Assembly: GCA_963674865.2 (NCBI GenBank)
Contig: CAXXYE010000001.1
Span: 391,089 to 455,088 of the forward strand
Reading direction: 5' to 3'
Length of the DNA stretch: 64,000 nt
Source of the DNA: Candidatus Hydrogenedentota bacterium
GTDB taxonomy: Bacteria > Hydrogenedentota > Hydrogenedentia > Hydrogenedentales > SLHB01
Shown one piece after another: positions 7,335 to 19,369 of the stretch. Each line of letters opens with the position of its first letter. The stretch's first letter is position 1. Under the pieces are notes generated by a model. That model saw only the letters and a list, made by a program, of their open reading frames with translations. It was not told where the DNA came from and searched no databases. The translations under genes and the position numbers were made by a program.

Positions 7335-8059
7335 GCGTCCTCTCCCTTAGTGAGTTCTAGAAAGACATCCTCGAGGGAGCCGGGGCTCTGGGAGAGGGCC
7401 TTGATGGCGTCGAGGGTGCCGACGTGGAGCAGGCGGCCCCGGTGGATGATTCCGATGCGCTCCGCCACGTTCTCGATGATGCTCAGGCTGTGCGTGGACA
7501 TGAAGACTGTAGTGCCGTTGCGCGTCTTCTCTTTGAGGAAATCCTTGACGAAGCGGATGTTCTTCGGATCGAGGCCCACCCACGGCTCGTCGACGACGGC
7601 CACTTTCGGATCGTGGAGAAAGCACGAAGCGAAGGAGAGCTTCTGGCGCATTCCGTGGCTGTAATCCTCGACGAGTTGGTCGCCCACCTCGCGGATTTCA
7701 AAGAGTTCGAGCAGCTCCTCGCATTTCGCGGCGAGATGGTCCTCCGGCATGCGGTAGAGGCCCGCCACGAAGCGCATGAATTCGCGGCCCGTGAGTTTTT
7801 CGTAGAGAAAGGGCGCGTCGGGAATATAGCCGATGAGTGCTTTGGCCTCGAGAGGGGACTGCTGGATGTCGAAGCCGCGGATGAAGGCGCGGCCTTGCGT
7901 GGGCTTGATAAGGCCGGTGAGCATCCTGATGGTGGTGGTTTTCCCGGCGCCGTTGGGGCCTAGAAAACAGAAGAATTCGCCTTCATGGACCTCGAGGTCC
8001 AATGAGTTCACGGCGACTTTCGGCCCGAAATGCTTGGTGAGGTTTTCCGTGCGAATCAT
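7331..8059 (-). CDS. ABC transporter ATP-binding protein
   Basis: Walker A GPNGAGKTT, signature YSHGM, Walker B VVDEP, H-loop STH. Confidence 0.95.
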   Translation of the reverse strand: MIRTENLTKHFGPKVAVNSLDLEVHEGEFFCFLGPNGAGKTTTIRMLTGLIKPTQGRAFIRGFDIQQSPLEAKALIGYIPDAPFLYEKLTGREFMRFVAGLYRMPEDHLAAKCEELLELFEIREVGDQLVEDYSHGMRQKLSFASCFLHDPKVAVVDEPWVGLDPKNIRFVKDFLKEKTRNGTTVFMSTHSLSIIENVAERIGIIHRGRLLHVGTLDAIKALSQSPGSLEDVFLELTKGEDA

Positions 8060-9503
8060 TCGATTTCGAGGACCTCCAATTGCAGTTGTCCGAGGTAGGC
8101 GGCGAGTTTTGGCCAGTCGCGGATACCGCCGGTGACGAGCTTGACGTGTGTTGCATCGGCGATGCGCTGGCCGAGGGTGGGATCCATCCAGATCCAGCGG
8201 CCGGCGTAGACCTCAGGCCAAGCATGATAGCCGAAGGCGCCGTATTCATCGCTCCACACCAGTCCGAGCACGATGCGCGTGGGAATGCCCGCGGCGCGCG
8301 CCAGAGCGGTGAAGAGGACGGTGTGCTCGTTGCAGTCGCCCTCGCGCGTTTCGAGTACGTCGAGCGCCGAGGGCATGCTGAGGAGCGGGGCCTTCTCGAT
8401 GTTCTCGTACACCCACTGATAGACAAGCGTGGCGCGTTTCCACGGATCCGCTTCATCGCCGACGATTTCGAGGGCCCGGTGTTGGATGCGGGGATGTTCG
8501 ACCTGAACCAGCGGCTCGGCTTCAAGCTCCTGCTCGAGGGGCGGGACTTCCGTTCCTGGCGCGGGGGAGGGAGGGGCGGTGATGGTGTATACGCCGGGCG
8601 ACGTGGTGCGCTGCGTATCGTCCGTGGGGACGGCGTCGGCGGGCGTCGTTCCGCTCAAGCGGATAGTCATGCGTTTTGCACCGCGGAAGACTGACCGGCC
8701 GGTGGGATAGACGGCCGTCAGGGCGATCGTGTCTCCCGCGGGAAGTCCGGTGGCGGCCAAGGTGGCCTCGGCGGGACGTATCTTCTCGAGAACAATGCCG
8801 AAGGGCGTCTCCATGCGGATGACCTCCCCGGACTCGTCCACCCACGCTTTCGATGAGAGCCCGCCGCTCGAGATCGTCACGATGCTCGTGGGGATGTCTT
8901 CGCCGGCGGCGTGGACGACTTCATCGCCTTGGCATTCGACGCGCGCCCTGCCCATGGAGAGCGTAATGGGATCGAAGGTTTCGGCCTCGTAGACTTTTCC
9001 CGGCTCCAACCGCGGCACGTCGAGCATGGCGCCCATGCTGCCCCAAAGCATCAGGTCGTCCTTCACAGGGAGTTGGAGTGGAATGACCTCTCCGGCCGTG
9101 TGCACCTTTCCGTCCAAGCGTCCCTCGCCGATGGTGGCCTCGACGCGCAGGTCGTGTTCGCCGGACTGGACTCGGAACTCGAATTCGGCCTTGCCCGGGT
9201 CATCGGGCACCCAGGCCGAGCCAACGATTAGGATCTCCGAAGGCTGTCCGAGAAAAGTCAGAGCGAGTTTGGCGTTGAGGAAGGTGCTGACGCCTGGGAT
9301 CCCACGGCGAAGGCCTGGGGCATTGCGCAAGTTGACGAATCCAACGCGGTTGCCGTCCGCGGTATCGATGCCCATCCAGGTATTGGTGGGCCTCCGTGAG
9401 GCGTTCCGGGCGTCGTTCCACGAATCGATGTGTGATACGAAGATTTCGCGGCGGAGCAGCAGGCCAGACATGACGAGCCAGAAGAGGATGATGCCCGTAA
9501 CGA

Positions 9504-12278
<2,775 letters not shown>

Positions 12279-12386
12279 ATGTGAATGCTACCATTCATGA
12301 TAGCAAACGCGTTCTTTGAGGACAAAAGCCGGGCACGTGTGCCGGCACTCGCAGAAGACTTATGAGAAGCCGCTAGGGGTATACGA

Positions 12387-14432
12387 ATGATCGCATTGTA
12401 CGTGCTTTCTCTGGGGGCCTCAGCGGCGATATTCGGCCTCTTTGCCCGGCAGGTGCTCGGGGGGCAAGGCTATGTCCCGGGCTTCATGCAGGGGGTGCTG
12501 CTCGCGGGCGCCGTGGCTTCCGCGTACGCGGGCGTTCAGTTGCTCTACATGGCCCTGCTGCGCTTCATTGCGCCCACACGGGCGCGGAGCGTGCCTATTG
12601 CCGAAGGGCTGTCGCAACTTTCGGCGGTTGTTCTTGTACCTCATCTGCTCCACGTGACGATCCCGTGGCCGGATCCGATTCTTCATCGCGCGGGACCTCT
12701 TATCTACATCGCCGGATTCGCGTTTATTCATTGCTTCTTCAAGTTGATGTCCTTCTTCGCCGGCGTCAAAGGACTGCCCGGCCCTCGCCTGGGCGCGTTG
12801 GGTTGGGCGGCGGCGAGTGCGCTCAGTTTCTTGGCGGCTTTTTCAGGATTTCACGCGTGGTTGCGTCAATCGGAGGAAGCGCGTCCCAAGGCGCCGGAGT
12901 CGGTGCAGATCTACCGTGTCGGGGATGCCTACGCGCCGGCACGCGTCATGCCGGAGAGGGCCGTGTTGGCGTATTCATTCACAGCGTTTCCGGATGCGTG
13001 CCTGACGTTGCGCTTGGCCAATGTGCCGGAGGTGGACGAGGAGAACCCGCCCCTGGATGACGTGTATGTGGCCGTCACGATGGAGGCGGCTGAAGGCTTC
13101 GAAGTCACTGAAAGGGTGCGGCTTAAGGAAGGCTGGGCGGAGCTGCGAGTGCCACTTGACGCAGGCGGAGAAGGAATCCGGGAGTGTCGCGTCGTATGGA
13201 GTGCTACGAAGGAGCCTCGCTGGCGCAGGCTCATCGGTATCCGGCCCATGGTGAGTTCCCATCGTCGTGTATTGCTTTCCGGGCCGTTCCTGCATGAGTG
13301 CCGAGGGGACGAAGCGGACGCAGTGCAGCGTAGCGTGGTGCTCATCATGGTGGACGGGCTGGCGGCCGGCCACATTTCGGGACTGGGCTGTAAGCGTGAA
13401 ACCACCCCAGCGATGGATCGCGTGATCCGCCACGGCACGGCGTATCCCAATATGTTCGCTCCGGCTCCCGAGGCGAGTGCGGGCTTGATGACCGCCTTGA
13501 CGGGGCGTAACCCCTTGATGCACGGTTTCTTAGGCGATGCTCACGGCCCGCTTCCCGAAGGCTTGACCACGCTCGGTGAAGTCATGTCCGAGCGCCACTA
13601 CGCTACGGCGGCATTCACGGAAGGCGAGGCGGGAGGCCTTGGCGACCTGACGTTGCGTTCGGGTGCGGGCCGGGGATTTGAGCTGTTTGATGCAGCCTAT
13701 GACTCGAACGCCGGTTCCGCGGCAACGGTGGGCAGAGCCCGGCGTTGGCTCGAAGCGAATGAAGATGTTAAGTGTTTTTTGTTCCTTAGGTTACGCGAGC
13801 TTGCCGACTTAACCTCGCGAGAGCGCTACGTGCCCGGGTGGGTAGAGGGGCAAGAGAGTCCCCGTGCCGTGGACCTTTACGATAGTGCGCTCAAGTACCT
13901 GGACAGGCAACTCGGGCCGCTCATCAAGGAGGTGCGCGATAGATCGGCGCAGAATCCAACCTGCCTCTTGCTGACGGCGCCTTGCGGGCATGCTTTCTCG
14001 CCGGGGGGCGGCGATGTGACGCCCGGCCTGTCCGAGGAGTGGCTGCGCGTGCCCGCCCTTTTCCAGATGCCGGGGCTTGCGCCGGGCGTGCGACGGGAAC
14101 CGGCCGCGCTGGAAGATCTTCCCGCCACGCTGTTGAGCCTTGCGGGGATCGACCCATCGGGCGTGATTCAGGGGCGCAGTCTGTTCGGGACCTCAACCGA
14201 TCCGGCGGCTATCTCGATGTGCGGCAGCCCGTTGACGCTATCGATCCGAACCGAGGAGTGGCGTTATACGTGGGAAACCGGCGCTGTCGGAAGGGTCGCA
14301 CTCCATCGAGTCGACGATCTGGTGAAGGGGCGCGTCCGCAATGTCGCCTCGCAGCATCCGGAGGCCGTCGGCGAACTTCAGGCGCAGCTCGACGAATATC
14401 TCGCACGCTATGCCGTTGGGGGCGGCGAGTAG
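12387..14432 (+). CDS. Membrane protein with C-terminal sulfatase-like domain, lacking the FGly motif
   Basis: About 5 N-terminal TMs; 'VVLIMVDGL', 'TTPAMD', 'YDSALKYLD', 'EDLPATL', 'SIRTEEWRY'. Confidence 0.75.
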   Translation: MIALYVLSLGASAAIFGLFARQVLGGQGYVPGFMQGVLLAGAVASAYAGVQLLYMALLRFIAPTRARSVPIAEGLSQLSAVVLVPHLLHVTIPWPDPILHRAGPLIYIAGFAFIHCFFKLMSFFAGVKGLPGPRLGALGWAAASALSFLAAFSGFHAWLRQSEEARPKAPESVQIYRVGDAYAPARVMPERAVLAYSFTAFPDACLTLRLANVPEVDEENPPLDDVYVAVTMEAAEGFEVTERVRLKEGWAELRVPLDAGGEGIRECRVVWSATKEPRWRRLIGIRPMVSSHRRVLLSGPFLHECRGDEADAVQRSVVLIMVDGLAAGHISGLGCKRETTPAMDRVIRHGTAYPNMFAPAPEASAGLMTALTGRNPLMHGFLGDAHGPLPEGLTTLGEVMSERHYATAAFTEGEAGGLGDLTLRSGAGRGFELFDAAYDSNAGSAATVGRARRWLEANEDVKCFLFLRLRELADLTSRERYVPGWVEGQESPRAVDLYDSALKYLDRQLGPLIKEVRDRSAQNPTCLLLTAPCGHAFSPGGGDVTPGLSEEWLRVPALFQMPGLAPGVRREPAALEDLPATLLSLAGIDPSGVIQGRSLFGTSTDPAAISMCGSPLTLSIRTEEWRYTWETGAVGRVALHRVDDLVKGRVRNVASQHPEAVGELQAQLDEYLARYAVGGGE

Positions 14433-14478
14433 CGCCCGCGCTATTGCGGGGGAGATGGGACTCAGTCCGAATCGTGTA

Positions 14479-15366
14479 TCACAGGCCGGCCAGTTCGACT
14501 TCCCGCTGCTCTTTCAGGGATAGGTCGAGGGCGGTGAGGACCTTGATGGGCTCGAGGATTTGCTCACGGGAGAGGGGCCACTTGCCGGTCTTCATCGCTT
14601 CGATGAAGATCTGCATGCCGTGGTAGTAGGCGGTGGCGCTATCGATCTCGCGCTGGCTCCATCCGTCTTTGCCGATGGCGAGGATGTGGAAGGGGCACTT
14701 CGCCTTGTCGTGATGGGGCAAGTTGAGCGTTACGACCGCGCCGCCGTCGAATTTGCAGATCGCCACGACCTTTTGCTCGTGCGAGGTGGCGCAGACGCTC
14801 CGACATCCGCAGTCCCAGACGGCGTTCATCATGTCGGCTGCATGGATTCCGTAAAAGAATATGCCGTCGTACTGGCTTTCAGGATCGGCAGGGCTGCTAA
14901 CGACGCCGCACGCCAGGGGGCCGGCGGACTTCTTGAGTTCGGCGATCAGTTCCAGCGTGGCCTGTGAGACGCGAAGCGTGGAAAACGAAGTGAAGCCGAT
15001 ACCGGCGCTTTCCGCGGCGTCCACGAGACGCGTGGCATCAGCGATATTGCCGGCGAGGGGTTTGTCCACGAATGTGGGAACGCCGGCCTCGATAAAGGGC
15101 AAAGCGTACTCGAGATGCTTGCTGCCGTGCCGCCAGACGCATGCCACACCGTCCACCTGGCCCAACATGGCCTCGGGCGCGTCAACAATGTGGGGAATCT
15201 GGCCCTTTTCGGCGACTTCAGCGGTACGCTCCGGATCCGTGCCGTAAATGTGCGTGACGCGGGCGTCCTCGACGCGCAGGCCGTTGTGTCCTTCCTCAAT
15301 GTTGGCCAGTCGCGAGAATGCGATGGCGTGGCTGTTGTCTGAGCCGATGATTCCGAGCTTGAACAT
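14479..15366 (-). CDS. Gfo/Idh/MocA family oxidoreductase
   Basis: 'GIIGSDNSHA', 'FVDKPLA', 'FYGIHA'. Confidence 0.88.
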   Translation of the reverse strand: MFKLGIIGSDNSHAIAFSRLANIEEGHNGLRVEDARVTHIYGTDPERTAEVAEKGQIPHIVDAPEAMLGQVDGVACVWRHGSKHLEYALPFIEAGVPTFVDKPLAGNIADATRLVDAAESAGIGFTSFSTLRVSQATLELIAELKKSAGPLACGVVSSPADPESQYDGIFFYGIHAADMMNAVWDCGCRSVCATSHEQKVVAICKFDGGAVVTLNLPHHDKAKCPFHILAIGKDGWSQREIDSATAYYHGMQIFIEAMKTGKWPLSREQILEPIKVLTALDLSLKEQREVELAGL

Positions 15367-15533
15367 GCCGTCCTCCCACCGCAGGTTTGTTTATGTACGT
15401 GTTGGGGCCGTCATTCTACAGGTTTCGGCTCTCGTGCGCATGTTTTCTGAGTGTGCGGAGGATGGAACGATTGCCGCGGAGGAATTGGGGACGCCTTGTG
15501 TGGCGATTCTATATCCCGTTGGGAGCGGCGGAC

Positions 15534-16337
15534 TTAGTAATACGAGCCGAGTCCATCCGGGATGATGGGACTCGTCACTTCGATGTTGCTATTCGGGCTC
15601 CTGTAGGTCGTCGTCGAGATGCCGAGGGGGACGCCGTAGTGCTGCCACAGATACTCTCGGCGCGCGGCCTCGGCCTCGGCCTGAGGATCGTAGAAGTCGT
15701 AGTACTGCGTCTCGCCACCCAGGTAGGACTGCTCAAGGATGGCCTGCTGATCCGCCAGAAGGTCTTCTTGCCGGCGTTGCTCTTCGGCCCTCTGCTGGGC
15801 CATCCAGGCCTTGGCCGCGTCCTGTCGACGGCGTATGCCGACACTTATCTGTTGTCTTGCGCGGAGGACTTCCTCACGCTGTTCCTTGGACAGGCTTTCC
15901 CATTGCGCTTTTCGCTCACGGGCGTAGGTCTGCGATGCCTGCCGCATGCGGTCCACCTCGGCTTTATCGTTGGAGATGGGCAAAGGCGCCGGAGCTTCCT
16001 CGACGTCGCCCGGGATGAATCCCTCTTTCTGGAGAAGGCTGCTCAGGAGGGCGCCGTCTTCGAGGCGAATGTCGCCGTACATGAAGCCTCTCGGAGAGAC
16101 GCGGTCGACAAGGAGGGTCACCTTCTTTCCCTGCAGCAGCTTTTCGGTGAATGCTTTGCCCGCCGATCTATCCTCGATCTCCACTCCGGGCAGTCCGAAC
16201 ACCTTCTCGCCCGCGGGCGTCTCAACCTTGACGACGCTCCCCGAAATCACGCCGCTTACCGTGCCGACGACTTCTTCCGCCCAGGCCCCCTGTACCAGCA
16301 GCGCCAGAGCCAGCCACACGACGCCAAACTTCTTCAT
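15534..16337 (-). CDS. Secreted protein with thermonuclease (SNase)-like OB domain and coiled coil
   Basis: Signal peptide MKKFGVVWLALALLVQGAWA; 'GTVSGVISGSVVKV...LPGVE...LLQGKKVTL...LLQKEGF'. Confidence 0.6.
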   Translation of the reverse strand: MKKFGVVWLALALLVQGAWAEEVVGTVSGVISGSVVKVETPAGEKVFGLPGVEIEDRSAGKAFTEKLLQGKKVTLLVDRVSPRGFMYGDIRLEDGALLSSLLQKEGFIPGDVEEAPAPLPISNDKAEVDRMRQASQTYARERKAQWESLSKEQREEVLRARQQISVGIRRRQDAAKAWMAQQRAEEQRRQEDLLADQQAILEQSYLGGETQYYDFYDPQAEAEAARREYLWQHYGVPLGISTTTYRSPNSNIEVTSPIIPDGLGSYY

Positions 16338-16512
16338 GACCCGTTCCCTCCTGAAGGCCACGCAAGCAACTTTCTGCGCCTCAATTGTACAATGTTTGCA
16401 AGGAAATGGATAGAAAAACCGGATAATTCCCGGAGCATCTCGTGCTATGCGGGCCTCGCCGGAAGATCCGTGTTATACTCCCGCGATCTCGGCCGGGAAG
16501 ATTGGTGTAGCG

Positions 16513-19347
16513 ATGATCTGTGCGTCACTTGCGAGTCTTGTGTGGATATGTTCCGGCGTTTTCTCGGCGGGGCCCATTCTGTCGCTTGATCTGACGGAGG
16601 GCTGGACCGGCAAGACGAGCGGGGCGTGGCGCATGCGTGTGGACCACCGGGACCTGCTCGCCATGCGTCATCCCTGGGAGCCGAGCCAAGAGGGTGCGTT
16701 TGCCTCGTACCGCGCCGAGGTGTCCGTGCCCGAGGACTGGCAAGGCCCGGTTTCTCTATCCTTCTACTGCTCCGATGACTACCACACGGACACGTGGCAT
16801 CCGGATGGATCATGGCTGACGGCGGAGGGGTTCATCAGGCACCGGTACAAACGGGTGCTCGTGAACCAGCAGGTGGTGTGGAATGAGGACGTCAGCGATC
16901 CGGTGGCCAAGGGTGTATCGCCTCGGTACCGCGTCGCGCTGCCCGTGAAGCCCGGGGACACTTTCCTGCTCACGCTGCTTGCCTACGATGGGGTGTCTTC
17001 GACAACAGCCTTGGCCGAGGACTTCTACCAATCCGCTAACGATGAGCTGAAGCGCGAGGCCGATCCGAACGCGGCGAACTTCATGACGCACGTATACTGG
17101 GGAGATGTGACGCTCATCGACGGCGATGTGGAACTCGTTCCCGGGAAACGCCTCTCGGAGAGCAAAGTGTTGGCTGTCCATAACAACAGATGGCCGCTGC
17201 CGCCCTTCGGCGAGCCTTGGCCCGGCCGTGTTGCGCGGCTCGATGTGTCGGCGCCTGCCGGTGTGCCGGCGCCGGGATTCCCGTTGCAGTGCGGTGTCCC
17301 GCTGCACGCAGGCAAGGCGCCGGACTTGGACAAGGTCCGCCTGCAAACGCCTGAGGGACAGGCCATACCTAGCCAGAAGGCTGTCTTGGGTGAATGGCCC
17401 GATGGCTCCGTACGTTGGGCCTTGTTTGACCTCCCAATGACGTCTCGCCAGAAGGTCGTCGACCTCGCCTTTCAGAAGGATTATGGCTCGTTTCAGGAGA
17501 AGGTCCGCGTGAAGTCGCCCGAACCGGACGTCACGCGCGTAGATGCGGGGCGCTTGTCATTCGCGGCGGAGGCCGGGCGAGGTCTTCGCGACGTGTGTTT
17601 GCGACGGAAGATACTGGTGAAGGCCGTGGATCTTGTCCTGTGTCGTGGGGATGATCAGATCCCAGCCACCACGGACGGCGTGTCGGTCGTCGTTGACGGC
17701 CCCTTTCGCTGCACGCTTGAACTCGTGGGGCGCTTCGACACGATGGAAAAGACGGTGGGATCCTATCACCTCTATTGCTCCGCGTATGCGGGGTTGCCCT
17801 ACCTCAAGTTTTGGGTACGTCTTTTCAACAGTACGGGCGAGGACTTGCCAGTTTCAGGACTGCGGTTGGAGTTCGACCTGCCTGCCGTGCCGGAAGAGTT
17901 GTCCGTGCCGTCCGGCAGCGTCCAGAGCGTGTTTCGGCTCGTGCAGCAAGATGAGAAGACGCGCCTCCTTGGAGTGACGCCCGTGGACGCTGCCTCTCCG
18001 GCGTATCTCGCTTGGGCGGATGGCGTCATTGCCGTGCGGGATTTCCGTGAACTGTATCCCAAGCTGATGGCGGCGTCCGGCACGAAGCTTGTGGTGGATT
18101 TGGTGGCCGGTGGGCGTGCGCCGGTGGTTTTCACGCCCGGCGAGGCCAAGAGTCATGAGGTGTGGCTGGCCTTAGGCGACGTGGACGCGGCGCAGTTCGC
18201 GGCCACGGTTGAGCGCCCGCCTATTCTCCAGAATGCCGCCTATTTCTGCGCGACTGGGGTGTTGGGGCCCGCCCGCGTGCATGAGGGCGTGCCCGTCCTG
18301 GACGAGGCGATGATGAATGGGTTCGGCGACAAGCAGTGGGAAGACTTCGGCCAGCGGTTCGGCGTGCGGGACTTCCCTGATTCGCCTTATTATGGGGGCC
18401 TGCCCGAGTGGTCCAACAACTATTATGAGCGGATGCTGAATCTCTGGTCGGAGTGGTTTCTCAGCGGCGATCGGCGCTGGTACGACTTGGCCTTTGATGT
18501 TTCCCGCCACATCATGGATGTCGCCATCGTGCACTCGGACGTGCCCGGCCATGATTGGCTCGGGGCCATGCACGGCCCCGGCAAGAACCACGTCAGCGGG
18601 CCTTGGAATCCGAATCTTCGTGTGGCGGGTCTTGCGCTGTACGAGAAGCTTACGGGCGATCCTGAGGCGCGGGACGCAGTTCTCGGAGTAGCGGATTTCT
18701 GTGTGCAAACGGATGCGGGTGTGGACGGCGGGAGTGTGCGTCAACAGGCGGGGCCCTTCGACGCCGTCTGGAGCGCCTTCACGGAAACGGGCGACGTCGC
18801 CTACCTCGAAGACGGGGCCGGCCGCGTGGAGAGCGTATGGCGTGCGATGGATCGGCGGCGGGGCGTTTGGCCTGACGAACACGGATCGCGCGTGTACCGG
18901 GGAAACGTGCCGTGGATGGTTGCCCAGATCGGCCGCCCGCTCTACTTGTGGTACCGGGCCACGGGCGACGTGTCGGCCGCACAGGCCCTGGTAGGCCTCG
19001 CGGAATCGATCATCTGCGAGAACACCGATTGGGATCATCCCGGCGTGGTCTCCGGATACTCGCACAATCCTCATTTCAAGGTGAGCGCCGGTTACGACCT
19101 GCTGATCACGCCCATCATCTTTGCGGCCTACGAACTCACCGAGGATCGGTTCTACCTCGATGCGGCCATGGCGCAATGGGATCGCTGGATTGCCGAAAAG
19201 GCGCTGGATTCGCCTTTGAACTGCTACTGGAACACGCCCTGGCTTGTCTGGTACCTCAAGGAATACGGCGTGCTCAAGGCGGAGGGAGAGGACAGCGCAT
19301 CCGCAATGAAGGCGGACACGCCAACAGAGACGGCTGCGAGCCAGTAA
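16513..19347 (+). CDS. Large secreted protein, exo-rhamnogalacturonan lyase (PcRGLX/YetA)-like alpha/alpha-barrel
   Basis: Signal peptide; 'CGVPL', 'WPDGSVRW', 'GEAKSHE', 'WSNNYYE', 'HIMDV'. Confidence 0.6.
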   Translation: MICASLASLVWICSGVFSAGPILSLDLTEGWTGKTSGAWRMRVDHRDLLAMRHPWEPSQEGAFASYRAEVSVPEDWQGPVSLSFYCSDDYHTDTWHPDGSWLTAEGFIRHRYKRVLVNQQVVWNEDVSDPVAKGVSPRYRVALPVKPGDTFLLTLLAYDGVSSTTALAEDFYQSANDELKREADPNAANFMTHVYWGDVTLIDGDVELVPGKRLSESKVLAVHNNRWPLPPFGEPWPGRVARLDVSAPAGVPAPGFPLQCGVPLHAGKAPDLDKVRLQTPEGQAIPSQKAVLGEWPDGSVRWALFDLPMTSRQKVVDLAFQKDYGSFQEKVRVKSPEPDVTRVDAGRLSFAAEAGRGLRDVCLRRKILVKAVDLVLCRGDDQIPATTDGVSVVVDGPFRCTLELVGRFDTMEKTVGSYHLYCSAYAGLPYLKFWVRLFNSTGEDLPVSGLRLEFDLPAVPEELSVPSGSVQSVFRLVQQDEKTRLLGVTPVDAASPAYLAWADGVIAVRDFRELYPKLMAASGTKLVVDLVAGGRAPVVFTPGEAKSHEVWLALGDVDAAQFAATVERPPILQNAAYFCATGVLGPARVHEGVPVLDEAMMNGFGDKQWEDFGQRFGVRDFPDSPYYGGLPEWSNNYYERMLNLWSEWFLSGDRRWYDLAFDVSRHIMDVAIVHSDVPGHDWLGAMHGPGKNHVSGPWNPNLRVAGLALYEKLTGDPEARDAVLGVADFCVQTDAGVDGGSVRQQAGPFDAVWSAFTETGDVAYLEDGAGRVESVWRAMDRRRGVWPDEHGSRVYRGNVPWMVAQIGRPLYLWYRATGDVSAAQALVGLAESIICENTDWDHPGVVSGYSHNPHFKVSAGYDLLITPIIFAAYELTEDRFYLDAAMAQWDRWIAEKALDSPLNCYWNTPWLVWYLKEYGVLKAEGEDSASAMKADTPTETAASQ

Positions 19348-19369
19348 AGGCTGTGAACCAGCGTCCGGC

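Noticed and set aside
15387..16589. 400-aa plus-strand ORF (similarly 5650-6954, 21062-22318, 43368-44591, 51494-52432)
   Set aside because: Shadow or alternative frames of well-supported genes in high-GC DNA, with no motifs.
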